DNA from: an uncultured Verrucomicrobiae bacterium
GTDB lineage: Bacteria > Verrucomicrobiota > Verrucomicrobiia > Limisphaerales > Palsa-1400
NCBI GenBank assembly: GCA_963764165.1
Contig: CAVXRD010000002.1
Span: forward strand, 3,328,001 to 3,392,000
Reading direction: 5' to 3'
DNA length: 64,000 bases
Shown here: positions 17,108 through 28,491 of the stretch, piece after piece
How the letters are laid out: every line of letters starts with the position of its first letter
Numbering within the stretch: position 1 is the stretch's first letter
The notes under the pieces: model-generated
The model's input: only the letters and a program-made list of their open reading frames with translations
The model's database searches: none
Told to the model about the DNA's origin: nothing
Made by a program: the position numbers and the translations under genes

Positions 17108-18693
17108 TATGAATCTGGCAGGCTGAAATAAAAGGTGGCGCCCTTTTCCGGCTCGGCTTCGACCCAGATTCGGCCGCCGTGGCGCTTGATGATCCGCTGG
17201 ACAATCGACAATCCCACGCCGGTTCCTTCGAATTGCTCCTCGGAATGCACACGCTGAAAAACGCCAAATAATTTGCTGGCGGCTTTCATGTCGAATCCCG
17301 CCCCGTTGTCGCGGACGAAATAAATTTTTTCTTTGTCGGCGCAGCGGCAGCCGATTTCGATCACCGCCGGGTCGCGGTCCCGCGTGAATTTGAAGGCGTT
17401 GGACAACAGGTTGACCAGCACCTGGCGGAGCAGCGACGGGTCAGCCTGGCTGTTGGGCAATTCACCAAGGCGGACGACAATGGCGCGCCCGTCATGCTGC
17501 TGGCGAAGATCCGCCACGATTTCTTCGACCATGCCGGCAATCCAAACTTCCTGTTTTTCCAGCGAGGCGCGCCCCATCTTCGACAGGCGCAGGAGATCGT
17601 CAATGAGCCGTCCCATCTTTCGCGTGCTGCCAACAATGATATTGACCAAACGCTGGCCGTCGCTCGAGATCTGGCCGGAATACTCGTTGAGCAGAATATT
17701 CGAAAAACCATCCACCGCCCGCAGAGGCGCCCGCAAATCGTGCGAAACGGAATAGGAGAAGGCTTCCAATTCCTGGTTGGCGGATTCCAATTGGTCGGAG
17801 TGAAGTTTCAATTTGGCGTTCAGCAGGCGGATTTCCTCTTCAGCCAGCCGCCGCGCTTCCTCGGCTCGTTCCATGGCAATGGCATTGAAAGAAATCAGGG
17901 CCGCGAAACAAACCATCGTCGCCACCACCATGAGTGAAATCCCAAACGCCCCATCGAAGAACCTCGCGCGCTCTCCCTCCATTCGCATTAATTCCAACAC
18001 GACCGGCACGACCAGCGCCGCCGGCAAAAGACGCCGCATCGTCACCCCGCCTGCGCCCGGACTGCGCAAGAGCCGGATAAAACCACGCTCGGGACGCGCC
18101 ATGACAATCCCCATCGACAGCACCAAAAATCCAAAGGCCGCGTGAAGCGCCATCGGGATGTAGGCGGTGACCCGATAAAAGCTGGTGGCGTTCAGCAAGT
18201 AGCCGGTCATGGCCAACAGGGCCACCATGCCCATCACCAAACTCAAGAGTTCGGAAGGATGCCATCGGCTCCGCGCATTCCAATCCAGGACGCACAGAGA
18301 AATCCCGCCAAGCAGGAAACAAAACGCCGTATTTGGAGCCATTTTGCTGACGATCCCAGGCTGGGCGTCATTGAGTTTGCTGGCGAAAAGAAGCTGGTCA
18401 ACGACGGCGTTGTAACCAAACAAATAAGTCAGGCACGTCCACAAGCCAACCGCCGCGGCCAGCGCCCCGCAGGCGGCACGAGCGCGATTTTTCCACTTCG
18501 GAGGCGATTCGCCGCAGGCAGAGAAAAATAGCGACGTTCCGCAGGAGAGGAACAACACAGCCGTGACAGGATTCATGGTCACAAGACCAGGAATCACACG
18601 TTTCAGCACTTCCACATCAGTGGCCCAGCCGAGCAAAACAACCGCGCCGATTCCGGCGAGCATTGCTCCGCAAACACGCGTTGCAGATTTCAT
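17107..18693 (-). CDS. Membrane sensor histidine kinase
   Basis: Multi-TM N-terminus; LEAFSYSVSHDLRAPLR H-box; NLLSNAFKF, DNGAGF, GTGVGL boxes. Confidence 0.92.
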   Translation of the reverse strand: MKSATRVCGAMLAGIGAVVLLGWATDVEVLKRVIPGLVTMNPVTAVLFLSCGTSLFFSACGESPPKWKNRARAACGALAAAVGLWTCLTYLFGYNAVVDQLLFASKLNDAQPGIVSKMAPNTAFCFLLGGISLCVLDWNARSRWHPSELLSLVMGMVALLAMTGYLLNATSFYRVTAYIPMALHAAFGFLVLSMGIVMARPERGFIRLLRSPGAGGVTMRRLLPAALVVPVVLELMRMEGERARFFDGAFGISLMVVATMVCFAALISFNAIAMERAEEARRLAEEEIRLLNAKLKLHSDQLESANQELEAFSYSVSHDLRAPLRAVDGFSNILLNEYSGQISSDGQRLVNIIVGSTRKMGRLIDDLLRLSKMGRASLEKQEVWIAGMVEEIVADLRQQHDGRAIVVRLGELPNSQADPSLLRQVLVNLLSNAFKFTRDRDPAVIEIGCRCADKEKIYFVRDNGAGFDMKAASKLFGVFQRVHSEEQFEGTGVGLSIVQRIIKRHGGRIWVEAEPEKGATFYFSLPDS

Positions 18694-18995
18694 CTATATT
18701 TTGGTCAGGGGATCGCCGGGCTGCTCGGACCCGACACACGCAATGAACCACAAAACACGCCACGAGTCAAAAAAAACGTTCTGTTGACTCTCTCATGCTG
18801 TGGGAAATCTGGGAAACATGAACGACAGCGAAAGTCGTTTTGCCCATCAATTTTTGAAATCATTTTATCGGTGCTGATCTGTGTCCATCTGTGGCCATGA
18901 ATTCTGCTGGCGATCAATGTGGCGCATGGCACTTGTCGCCGGTTCGGTTGACATTGAAAACTCGCGCGCCCATAATCGCTTTGCCCGATGGCTTT

Positions 18996-20756
18996 ATGAC
19001 CACTCCAAACACTCCGAATCCCTCCGTCGTCCAATGGGTGGAGGAAATGACGCGCTTATGCCAGCCAGAACGCGTCTTCTGGTGCGACGGCTCGGAGGCT
19101 GAGAAGGAAGTTCTGCTCAACGAAGCTCTGGCCAAAGGCATTTTGATCCAGCTCAACCCGGAGAAATTGCCAGGGTGTTATTATCATCGATCCACCATCG
19201 ATGACGTGGCCCGCAGCGAAGATCGCACTCTAATCTGCACGCCAACGGCTGAGGAGGCTGGCCCCACCAATAATTGGGCCGAGCCCGAGGCAACTTACGA
19301 AAAGCTACGGAAACTTTCCGCAGGCGGCATGCGCGGACGCACCATGTATGTCGTTCCGTATTTGATGGGGCCGCTCGGTTCCCCGCTGACAAAGGTCGGG
19401 CTGGAGTTGACGGATTCCATTTACGTCGTGCTCAGCATGCGGATCATGACACGGATGGGCCAGGTGGCTTACGCGCATCTGGGCGCGAGCGAGGATTTCA
19501 ATCGCGGGCTGCACTGCATGCTGAAGATGGATGCGCGCGACCGTTACATCGCCCATTTCCCGCAGGATAACGCCGTCATTTCCACCAGTTCCAACTACGG
19601 CGGCAATGTGCTGCTCGGGAAAAAATGCCTTTCGCTCCGCATCGGCTCGTGGCTGGCCAACAAAGAAGGCTGGCTGGCGGAGCACATGCTCATCCTGAGC
19701 ACCGAATCTCCCAGCGGCGAAAAAACCTACGTCACGGCGGCCTTTCCCAGCGCGTGCGGGAAAACGAATTTCGCCATGCTCGTGCCGCCGCCGCACTTTG
19801 CCGGCTGGAAAATTCGCACGGTCGGCGACGACATCGCCTGGATGAAACCAGGGGAAGACGGCCGCCTCTACGCGATCAACCCGGAGAACGGCTACTTCGG
19901 CGTCGCGCCTGGAACCAACGAGAAGACAAATCCCAACGCGATGGCATCCATTTCGCGCGACACGATTTACACCAACGTCGCCCTAACGTCCGATCTGGAC
20001 GTGTGGTGGGAAGGCAAAACCGACTCGCCGCCGCCGGACTTGACGGATTGGAAGGGACGCAAATGGACGCCGGAATCAAAAGAGCCGGCCGCCCATCCCA
20101 ACAGCCGTTTCTGCGCGCCGATGAAAAACAATCCCGCCTGCGCGCCGGAAGTGGACGACCCGAACGGCGTGCCGATCAGCGCGATTATTTTCGGCGGACG
20201 CCGCGCCAATACCATCCCGCTCGTTTATCAGGCCTTCAACTGGATTCACGGCATCTACATCGGCGCGACGATGAGCTCCGAAACAACTGCCGCCGCCACC
20301 GGCGAAGTCGGAAAAATCCGGCGCGACCCCATGGGAATGCTGCCCTTCTGCGGTTACAATATGGGGCATTATTTCCATCATTGGCTTCGCATGCGAAAGA
20401 AACTCGCGAACCCGCCGCGCTTTTTTTACGTGAATTGGTTTCGCCGCGATGAAGCGGGAAAATTCCTGTGGCCCGGCTTCGGCGAAAACATGCGCGTGCT
20501 GAAATGGATCGTCGACCGCACGCGCGGACGGGCCGACGCGTGGGAGGCGCCGCTGGGCTGGGTGCCCGGCCCGCGCGATTTTGATCTCGATGGCATGAAG
20601 GATTTCGATTCCGCCCGCCTGGCCAAAGCCCAGGAAATCGACATGGAAGAATGGCGCCGCGAAGCCCTGCTGCACGACGAGCTTTTCCTCCGCCTTTACG
20701 CCGATTTGCCCAAGGAACTTATTTTTCAGCGGGAGTTGCTGGTGGCGAGGCTATAA
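18996..20756 (+). CDS. pckG: Phosphoenolpyruvate carboxykinase (GTP)
   Basis: YGGN.LLGKKC, WLAEHM, FPSACGKTN, VGDDIAW, AHPNSRF, RDPM.MLPFCGY. Confidence 0.97.
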   Translation: MTTPNTPNPSVVQWVEEMTRLCQPERVFWCDGSEAEKEVLLNEALAKGILIQLNPEKLPGCYYHRSTIDDVARSEDRTLICTPTAEEAGPTNNWAEPEATYEKLRKLSAGGMRGRTMYVVPYLMGPLGSPLTKVGLELTDSIYVVLSMRIMTRMGQVAYAHLGASEDFNRGLHCMLKMDARDRYIAHFPQDNAVISTSSNYGGNVLLGKKCLSLRIGSWLANKEGWLAEHMLILSTESPSGEKTYVTAAFPSACGKTNFAMLVPPPHFAGWKIRTVGDDIAWMKPGEDGRLYAINPENGYFGVAPGTNEKTNPNAMASISRDTIYTNVALTSDLDVWWEGKTDSPPPDLTDWKGRKWTPESKEPAAHPNSRFCAPMKNNPACAPEVDDPNGVPISAIIFGGRRANTIPLVYQAFNWIHGIYIGATMSSETTAAATGEVGKIRRDPMGMLPFCGYNMGHYFHHWLRMRKKLANPPRFFYVNWFRRDEAGKFLWPGFGENMRVLKWIVDRTRGRADAWEAPLGWVPGPRDFDLDGMKDFDSARLAKAQEIDMEEWRREALLHDELFLRLYADLPKELIFQRELLVARL

Positions 20757-20923
20757 GCTGTAATATTGACTCGATGAGCCGTGAGCCTGGGCACCGCCGT
20801 CAAAAATCCCGAAGGGAGAATGGCGCTTGGATAAGGAGTTGACATTTGATGTCCTTCCTGAGTGTCGCGGCAAGCAACGGCTGCTCGCTCTTTGAGTGCA
20901 GGGCGGATTTATCCCGTGTTTTC

Positions 20924-21090
20924 CTCTGCGCGCTCATCTTCTCTGCGCGAGAGTTCTTTTCCCTCTGGCAGGCCGTTGAGGATGCGCATGAAACCGTCCC
21001 TTGATTTGTGCAATCCAGGGTTAATAAAAACGATTGGGCTTCATCGTGGAATTAAAACCATATCGCGCAGAGAAGGCGGAGAGCGCAGAG
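20924..21090. repeat. Palindromic intergenic element (ctctgcg/cgcagag arms)
   Basis: ctctgcgcgctcatcttctctgcgcga ... tcgcgcagagaaggcggagagcgcagag. Confidence 0.65.
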
Positions 21091-21385
21091 TTTTCTCGCT
21101 GGAATGAATCAAATGGGCCGCTGCTGCTCCGCCTAAATCGTCAAGGAACCCACCGGACCACGAGTTAGAAATCGGAATGCACCCCCATGCTCAACTCCGG
21201 GTGATTTTTCCCTTTGGCGAACATCGTTAGCTCGCGCATGTGGATACCACACAAAGCGGGTGTGAGACAGAATTCTTCTGGCGGGAATTTTGTCCCGCGC
21301 TCACCACCCGCGACCGGCCGGAATTTAGTTGGACGGAGTCCCCGCGTTGTTTCAGACTGGCCCGCGATTTGAAAAGCGCCTGTTT

Positions 21386-23077
21386 ATGAAACATGCCGTC
21401 GCCTTTGCCGCCTTAATGGCCGGTTTACTGCCTATGTCGTCTCTCGCCCAAAATCCAGATGATGCCTTGAAGTCGCGTGCCGAATTGTCGAATTACGAGG
21501 AGACGAGCCGTTACGCGGACGTGATCAACTTCTTCGACGAGCTGCAGCGGCGCAGCCCGTTTGTGCGGATCGAAACGTTCGGTCATTCGAAGGAAGGCCG
21601 CGCGCTGCCGTTGGTCATCTTGGCCGATCCTCCCGTCTCCCAGCCCTGCGAGGCGGCGGCCTCCGGCAAGCCGGTGGTGTTCGTCATGGCGAACATTCAC
21701 GCCGGCGAGGTCGAGGGCAAAGAGGCGATGCAAGCGCTGTCCCGGCGCATCGCGACCGGCGGCCTGCGATCGCTCCTAAAAGATTTGGTGATCCTGATTG
21801 CGCCCATCTACAACGCGGATGGCAATGAGCGGATTGATGTGAAACATCGCACCGACCAATATGGGCCGATTGGCGGCGTGGGCGTGCGGGAAAATGCGTC
21901 GGGGCTGGATTTGAACCGCGATTACATGAAGATGGAAGCGCCGGAAACCCAGGCCTTGGTGGCGTTGTTCAATCGCTGGGATCCGCTCCTGACCGTCGAT
22001 TTGCATACCACAGACGGTTCTTATCACGCCTATCATTTAACATATTCGCCACCGCTGAATCCAATGGCTGATCCGAAGCTGATCGAGTATGAACGCGCCA
22101 AAATGCTCCCTTCGATCACAAATGCGATGCAGGTGAAGCATCATTACCGGACCTATTACTACGGAAATTTTTCAACGAAAGAAAAGCTGGATCAAGAGCT
22201 GGATCGCTTCGCCGAGCCAAAGGCTGGCGAACCGGAACCGACCCGGATTTGGCGGACGTTTGATCACCGCCCTCGATTTGGCAATAACTACGCCGGGCTG
22301 CGCAACCGCCTCGCGATCTTGTCCGAGGCTTACAGCCATCTGGACTTCCGCGGGCGCGTGGAGTCGACGGAGGCATTTGTGGAGGAAATATTCAACTACA
22401 CAGCGGCGCACGGAACCGAGATGATCGCCCTCACCCGGGAGTTGGATGCCGCGACGGTGGAGCGGGGATTAGACGGGACGGGGCGGCCGTTTAGCGCGGA
22501 GTTCGAGATGCGCCCGCTTCCGGAACCGGTGAATTTGCTGGTCGGCGACGTCACGAAAATCAAAAATCCGAAATCGGGCATCGATATGATTGCAATGGTG
22601 GAGGACAAGGTCACGCCGATGCGCATGCCGGACTTCGGAATTTTTGCCGCAACACGCCAGACGATTGCGGCTTCAGCGTATTTGATTCCGGCGGAAGCCG
22701 GGCTGCGCGTGGCGGTGGAAAAAGCGAGGATGCATGGAATCGCGGTCGAGGAATTGACGGCGCCAGTGGAAATGGAAGTGGAGACGTTCGCGATTGATTC
22801 ACTCCAGCACGCGGCCCGCCCCTTCGCGGGACACGCCGCGACGAAGCTAACCGGACATTACCAGCGCACGACAATGAAATTCCCGCAAGGAACATTCCTG
22901 GTGCGCGCGGCGCAGCCGCTATGGCCCCTGGCACAGTATCTTCTCGATCCCGAAAGCGACGATGGCCTCGTGGCGTGGAATTTTCTGGATGCTGATCTCG
23001 CCGCTGGCAAATTGTATCCCATTCACGCGGCGGCCAAACCCGTCAGCGCATCCGCCCGCATGGTGGAGAAACCATAA
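21386..23077 (+). CDS. Secreted M14 family zinc carboxypeptidase
   Basis: Signal peptide; IHAGE..G, YNADG, DLNRD, DLHT motifs. Confidence 0.9.
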   Translation: MKHAVAFAALMAGLLPMSSLAQNPDDALKSRAELSNYEETSRYADVINFFDELQRRSPFVRIETFGHSKEGRALPLVILADPPVSQPCEAAASGKPVVFVMANIHAGEVEGKEAMQALSRRIATGGLRSLLKDLVILIAPIYNADGNERIDVKHRTDQYGPIGGVGVRENASGLDLNRDYMKMEAPETQALVALFNRWDPLLTVDLHTTDGSYHAYHLTYSPPLNPMADPKLIEYERAKMLPSITNAMQVKHHYRTYYYGNFSTKEKLDQELDRFAEPKAGEPEPTRIWRTFDHRPRFGNNYAGLRNRLAILSEAYSHLDFRGRVESTEAFVEEIFNYTAAHGTEMIALTRELDAATVERGLDGTGRPFSAEFEMRPLPEPVNLLVGDVTKIKNPKSGIDMIAMVEDKVTPMRMPDFGIFAATRQTIAASAYLIPAEAGLRVAVEKARMHGIAVEELTAPVEMEVETFAIDSLQHAARPFAGHAATKLTGHYQRTTMKFPQGTFLVRAAQPLWPLAQYLLDPESDDGLVAWNFLDADLAAGKLYPIHAAAKPVSASARMVEKP

Positions 23078-23125
23078 CGGTTGCGCCTGCTGCGCGGCCA
23101 TTTCCACTCTCCACTCCACCTCGCC

Positions 23126-23954
23126 CTAGGGCCTGTTAACACTAATTGACATTTTATAGGCGACAAGGCAAAATGGCTGGGTGGAGCTTACAGAGAGTCA
23201 ATATCAGCGGGTTGCTGATTGTCTGCCGCGGCAGCGCGGCAACGTGAGCATGACCAATCTGCAACTTCTCAACGCCCTGCTCTATGTGGTGGAGCATGGG
23301 TGCAAATGGCGCGGCCTGCCAAAACATTTTGGCAACTGGCATACGATCTACACCCGCATGAACCGCTGGAGCAAAGCGGGCGTGCTGGATCGAGTCTTCG
23401 CCCGGCTCCAGCAGGAGCAAATCCTGGCGATCCGGATCGAGCAAGTCTGCTTGGACAGCACGACGATCAAGGTTCACCCCGACGGCACCGGGGCGCTAAA
23501 AAAAACGGCCCACAGGCCATCGGGCGCTCCCGAGGCGGTTGCACCACCAAAATTCATCTGGTTGCCGCGAATGCCCAGTGCGCCTTAATGCTCAAGCTTT
23601 CCCCCGGCCAGGCGGGGGACGCGCCGCAAGGACGCGAGCTTTTGCAGGCGGGCGGGCCGGTTCCGGCAGGGCTTCCACTCATCATGGACAGCGCCTATGA
23701 AGGGGACGAGACTCTGCAACAGGCGCGGGAATTGGGCTACGCTCCAGTGGTTCCTCCTAACCCCCGACGCTTAAATCCGTGGGAGTATGACCAAACCCTT
23801 TACCGACGCCGCAATGAGATTGAACGGCTTTTTCGCCGACTCAAAAGCTACCGCCGAGTCTTCAGTCGCTTCGACAAATTGGATGCGTTGTACTCCGGAT
23901 TCGTCGTCCTCGCGCTCATCGTGGAGGCGTTACGTTAGTGTTAACAGGCCCTAG
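23126..23954 (+). mobile_element. IS5-family (IS427-like) insertion sequence, apparently intact
   Basis: Perfect 20-bp inverted ends including flanking CTAG (ctagggcctgttaacactaa / ttagtgttaacaggccctag); two overlapping transposase ORFs. Confidence 0.93.
23181..23938 (+). CDS. IS5-family DDE transposase, OrfA/OrfB joined by a -1 frameshift at A8 (23498-23505)
   Basis: OrfA has G.KWR.LP..FG.W.T.Y.R..RW...G and DST. OrfB has IGRSRGG.TTKIH, D.AY, Y..RN.IER.F.RLK..RR...R.DK. Confidence 0.92.
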
Positions 23955-25243
23955 CGCAGCCGGCCAAGTTGAAAGTCCAAGGCGGAGCGTTGAATTTGGT
24001 ATTCGTAGCGGGCCCCGGCGGCGTTGATTTGCGCGGAGGTCAGGTTTAATTCTGATTGACTCAATTCGATGATGGAGCTGATGCCGTTTTTGAAACGCGC
24101 TTGAGAGAGTTCCGCCGATTCCCTGGCATTTCGCAACAGTTCGTCGGTCAAGGCCAGCCGCTGCCATGCATAATCCAAATTGAGGCTGGCAACCTGGACG
24201 TCGCGGGCAATGTTGTCTTCCTGGCCGCGCAGCGCCTCGTCAGCCGCTCGAGCGCGCAACTGGGCTTCCCTCCTGTGGCCGGCGTTGAGCCCGCCTTCGT
24301 AAAGAGGCACGCTCAAGTTGATGCCCGCTGCCGCGTAATCAGGGCCGAGATGCGAATTGCCGGTGGGAACTTCTCCTGCCACGCCGATGGCGCTGATCGT
24401 CGGATAATTCAACTTCTCCTGCGCGCGCGCGAATTCCCGCGCGGCGTCCCGCTGATAGCGCGCCTGCGCCAGGTCGGGCCGCTGCGCGAGCGCTTCGAAT
24501 ATCAGGGCGGAATAATTATTGGTGACATAGGCGGGCATGGCTTCATCGACAAGTTGATAAGTCTTGGCGCGGCGTTCGCCCAATACGTCCGATAAAATCG
24601 CGAAGCCCGATTGCACATCGTTTTTTGCCTTGGCTAGAAGTATTTTGGCTTGTGCGTAGTCCACGCTGGCAAAACTGACATCCAGTTCGGAACGCATTTT
24701 GTTGGTGGCCAGGGCTCGCGTCTGTTCCAAGACCAAGAATCTATTGCTCACGGTTTCCTGCGCAACGTTTAATACCGACTGCGCGGCCAAGGCGGAAAGA
24801 AAAGCATTGTCCACCTCCAGTAGGATTTGGGCGCGAGTGGCTTGCACGTTCATCTTCTCGGAGCGCTCGCGCATTTTGGCGCTTTTGGTTAAATCCCAGG
24901 AGCGGCCAAAGTCGGTGATGAGCTGGCTGATGGAAACCCCCTGGGCTTCGCGCTCGTAGATGAGCGGATTGTTCAATCCCCCGGCGGCGATGCGGGTGTT
25001 GTTCGGATCGGCATTGCCGACGGCGGCGGCGTAGCCGAACACGTTCGGCAGGAGGGCGGACCGGACTTCCTTGGTGACTTCACGCGCGGCCAGCGCGGTC
25101 AGGTCCGCCACGGAAATCCTGGGATGCTGCTTGAGCGCCAGCTCGCGCGCCTGGGCCAAGGTCAATGTGTTGGTGGACGCATCCTCAGCACGGAGATGTG
25201 ATGCGACGCAGAGCAAAACGGCCAGGCAAAAAGCGGGTTTCAT
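23951..25243 (-). CDS. TolC-family outer membrane efflux protein
   Basis: Signal peptide; LTL.QA..LAL..HP, ISQLITDFG, AL..RPDL, R...G.....EL motifs; ATGA coupling to the RND gene. Confidence 0.9.
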   Translation of the reverse strand: MKPAFCLAVLLCVASHLRAEDASTNTLTLAQARELALKQHPRISVADLTALAAREVTKEVRSALLPNVFGYAAAVGNADPNNTRIAAGGLNNPLIYEREAQGVSISQLITDFGRSWDLTKSAKMRERSEKMNVQATRAQILLEVDNAFLSALAAQSVLNVAQETVSNRFLVLEQTRALATNKMRSELDVSFASVDYAQAKILLAKAKNDVQSGFAILSDVLGERRAKTYQLVDEAMPAYVTNNYSALIFEALAQRPDLAQARYQRDAAREFARAQEKLNYPTISAIGVAGEVPTGNSHLGPDYAAAGINLSVPLYEGGLNAGHRREAQLRARAADEALRGQEDNIARDVQVASLNLDYAWQRLALTDELLRNARESAELSQARFKNGISSIIELSQSELNLTSAQINAAGARYEYQIQRSALDFQLGRLR

Positions 25244-28200
25244 GTGGCAGAATTTGCCGCGAGCTTGTTTGACCGGCGGGCGTGAAGGATTCCGTGAATC
25301 AACAAGTAAGCGCATGGAACAAGGAAAATGGTTTGGACGGCGGAGACGGCCAGACCGCCGATCACCGCTCGCGCCAGCGGCGCATAAGCTTCGCCACCTT
25401 CACCCAGTTTCATCGCCATGGGAATGAGCCCGATCAAAGTCGCCAGAGTCGTCATCAAGACCGGGCGCAATCTCACTCGAGGTCCGAGCGTCACCGCTTC
25501 ACGCAAAGTCTTCCCCTCCTCACGCAGCCGGTTGATAAAATCCACGATGAGGATGCTGTCGGAGACGGAAATCCCAACCACCAGAATCATCCCCATTAAC
25601 GCCATCACGCTGATCGGCGTATTCGTCAAATACAGAATGAGCATGACGCCGGTCAACCCAGGCGGCACCGCCAGCAATATCAGAAACGGATCCACGAAGG
25701 ATTTGAATTGCGCCACCAAAATCAGATAAACGAGGACTACCGACAAAGCGATTCCGATGGAGAAACTGTGGAATGACTCGCGCATCGACTGCACCGAACC
25801 GCGCACCGCTATTTTCATGTTTTCCGGCAAATGAGTCCGGCCAATGATTTTTTGCACCCCGTCGTAGATCCTGCTTAAATCTTCGCCTTTGGGGGCAACA
25901 TAAACGTCCACCGTTTTCTGAATTTGATAATGATCCACCTCGGTGGGAGCAAGAATGTGCGAGAAATGCACCACGGAATCCAGCCGGGTCGGCGCAGTGT
26001 CATGCGGGTCTTGAATGCTTCTGGAATCAAAGTCGGAGTGGCGATGCATTGGCGACGCCGGGCCGGGCGGGTTGAGGGATCGCAAGGGCATGGAGCCGAG
26101 ATCCTCGATGCTCCGAACCAGATTTTCCGGGTATTGCACGGACAGGAAATACGGGTTGCCGCTTTTTGGATCAATCCAATAGCTGGGTGCAATCATCACG
26201 TCGGAACTCAGCGAGGTGATCAAGCTATCCACCACTTCCTTCGCGCTCAGACCCAGTTCGCTGGCGCGCTCCCGATCCACGTCCATTTTCAACGATGGAT
26301 AATCCACGTCTTGAGGCACCAGCACATCCCCAACTCCGTCAAGCTTTCTTGCCTCGCGGGCGATTTGGGTGGCGATGGCATGGGCCGCATTCATATCCTG
26401 GCTGCTAATCTGAACATCCACCGGCGCGGGCATGCCTTGATTGACAATCGCGTCCACCAAACCGCCCGTCTGAAAATAGCCGCTGACCTGGGGCAATTCG
26501 CGCGCCATCCTGGCCCGAACGCGGTCCATGTATTCGAAACTGCTCAGGGCATGCCCTGCATTTAATCCCACCTGCACGAATGCGGTGTGCGGGGCCGAGT
26601 TCGGTGTCAGGATGGCGGAAAAACCCGGTTGGATTCCGATGTTCGACACGATGATTTTAATCTCGTTCGTGGGAACCACTTCACGGATGATTTGTTCCAC
26701 TTTTCCCACGAGTTCGTCAGTCAATTCGATGCGGGTGCCAGAGGCCGCTTTAACGTTGATGACAAATTGACTTGGGTCAGTCCGTGGAAAGTAGGATTTT
26801 CCAATAAGAGGATAAAGCAACAAGCTTATTAGGAATAGTCCGGTAATGAGAAGAATGGTAACAATAGGCCTCAACAACGCAAAACTGAGCGCGCGATCAT
26901 AGGTTGCTAACAAGCGGGCGAATTTTTTGTTGAACCACGCATTGAATCGAGCGCCCCATCCTTTGGGTTTGGGGGCATCTTCGCGCGGAGGAGTTCCCAG
27001 TTCTTCATCGGCTTGATGGGCCTTCATGAGATTGGCGCAAAACAGCGGCACGACTGTCATGGCTACAAAGTAGGACGCGAAGAGTGACAGCACCAAAGAG
27101 AGGCCCAGCGCGCTAAACAAGTATTTGCTCACACCATAGAGCATGATGACCGGAAACAACACCACCACCAAGGTCAGTGTGGCTGCCAGCACGGGCAAGG
27201 CAACCTCCTCCCCGCCGCGTTCGGCAGCGGCTTCAGGCGGCGCGCCCATCTCCAGGTGCCGGAAAATGTTTTCCAGCACGACTACTGAATTGTCGATAAG
27301 CCGTGAAAATGCCAATGCCAGGCCGCCCAGGATCATAGCATTGACAGAGCTGCCTCCCAGCGCCAGCGCGATGAAGGTGGCCAGCGCGGAAAGTGGAATG
27401 GAGAGGAACACGGCCAGCGTGGCGCGCGGGCTGCCCAGAAACACCAGGATCATAATTCCGGTCAGCACCAAACCAATGGCGCCTTCGTGAATCAAATTCT
27501 CGATGGCTGCCTTCACGAACACAGATTGGTCAAAGACCACCTGCGCAACCAATTGCTTGGGAACGTTGACAAGATTCTTAATGCCCTCCGAGATGCCGTC
27601 GACCACCTTGATCGTGTTGGCATCACCGCCGAGTTTCAAAACAGGCAAATACACCGACGCCTGGCCGTTGATCCTCACTTTGTTCACTTGAATCTGTGAG
27701 GAATCCACCGCCTTCCCGACGTCGGCCACCAGCACCGATGCCTCACCCTCCGTTTTAAGCGGCACCATGTTGATGTCCTTCATGGCGTTGATCTGGCCGT
27801 TGGCGTAGACGTTGTAATCATACGGGCCGATTTTGATGTCGCCGGATGGAAGAATGAGATTGGCTTCGTTTACTTTATGAACCACGTCCATGACGCTCAA
27901 TCCGTGCGCCTCCAATTTGGCCGGGTCCACATACACCATGATCTGGCGATACTTTCCGCCAAAAGCTGGTGGCAATGAAGCGCCGGGGACGCCAGCCAAT
28001 TGGTTGCGAAGATTAAACTGTCCCTGTTCGCGCAACTGCGATTCGCTTAATCCTTCGCCTTTGAGCGTCACCAGGCAGACAGGCAAACTCGAAGCATCAA
28101 ACGGCATGACAATCGGCGGCAATGTTCCCGGCGGCAGATAACGCAACGTAGCCAATGACAAATTCGCCACCGCAGCCGCGTCCGATTGCGGATCGGTGCC

Positions 28201-28485
28201 GGGCTGAAAATAAACTTTGATCAGGCTCACGCCAGTCAGTGATCGCGACTCCATGTGGTCGATGCCAGAAGCCAATGTGAACATGCGCTCGAACTGTCCG
28301 GTGATGTCGTTTTCAATCTGCTCCGGCGGCATGCCCGAATAAAAGGTGGCGACAACGATGACGGGAATTTTAATCGGTGGGAACAAATCCACTGGCATTC
28401 TCATCAAACTCACCACGCCCACCACGCAAGTAATGAGGCAGATGACAATAATAAAATACGGGTAACGAATGGCGAACCGTGACAT
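25240..28485 (-). CDS. RND efflux permease (AcrB/CzcA superfamily)
   Basis: 1081 aa; PVDLFP.I, IDNSVVVLENI.RH, RLRPVLMTTLA motifs. Confidence 0.95.
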   Translation of the reverse strand: MSRFAIRYPYFIIVICLITCVVGVVSLMRMPVDLFPPIKIPVIVVATFYSGMPPEQIENDITGQFERMFTLASGIDHMESRSLTGVSLIKVYFQPGTDPQSDAAAVANLSLATLRYLPPGTLPPIVMPFDASSLPVCLVTLKGEGLSESQLREQGQFNLRNQLAGVPGASLPPAFGGKYRQIMVYVDPAKLEAHGLSVMDVVHKVNEANLILPSGDIKIGPYDYNVYANGQINAMKDINMVPLKTEGEASVLVADVGKAVDSSQIQVNKVRINGQASVYLPVLKLGGDANTIKVVDGISEGIKNLVNVPKQLVAQVVFDQSVFVKAAIENLIHEGAIGLVLTGIMILVFLGSPRATLAVFLSIPLSALATFIALALGGSSVNAMILGGLALAFSRLIDNSVVVLENIFRHLEMGAPPEAAAERGGEEVALPVLAATLTLVVVLFPVIMLYGVSKYLFSALGLSLVLSLFASYFVAMTVVPLFCANLMKAHQADEELGTPPREDAPKPKGWGARFNAWFNKKFARLLATYDRALSFALLRPIVTILLITGLFLISLLLYPLIGKSYFPRTDPSQFVINVKAASGTRIELTDELVGKVEQIIREVVPTNEIKIIVSNIGIQPGFSAILTPNSAPHTAFVQVGLNAGHALSSFEYMDRVRARMARELPQVSGYFQTGGLVDAIVNQGMPAPVDVQISSQDMNAAHAIATQIAREARKLDGVGDVLVPQDVDYPSLKMDVDRERASELGLSAKEVVDSLITSLSSDVMIAPSYWIDPKSGNPYFLSVQYPENLVRSIEDLGSMPLRSLNPPGPASPMHRHSDFDSRSIQDPHDTAPTRLDSVVHFSHILAPTEVDHYQIQKTVDVYVAPKGEDLSRIYDGVQKIIGRTHLPENMKIAVRGSVQSMRESFHSFSIGIALSVVLVYLILVAQFKSFVDPFLILLAVPPGLTGVMLILYLTNTPISVMALMGMILVVGISVSDSILIVDFINRLREEGKTLREAVTLGPRVRLRPVLMTTLATLIGLIPMAMKLGEGGEAYAPLARAVIGGLAVSAVQTIFLVPCAYLLIHGILHARRSNKLAANSAT

Positions 28486-28491
28486 AAAGAG

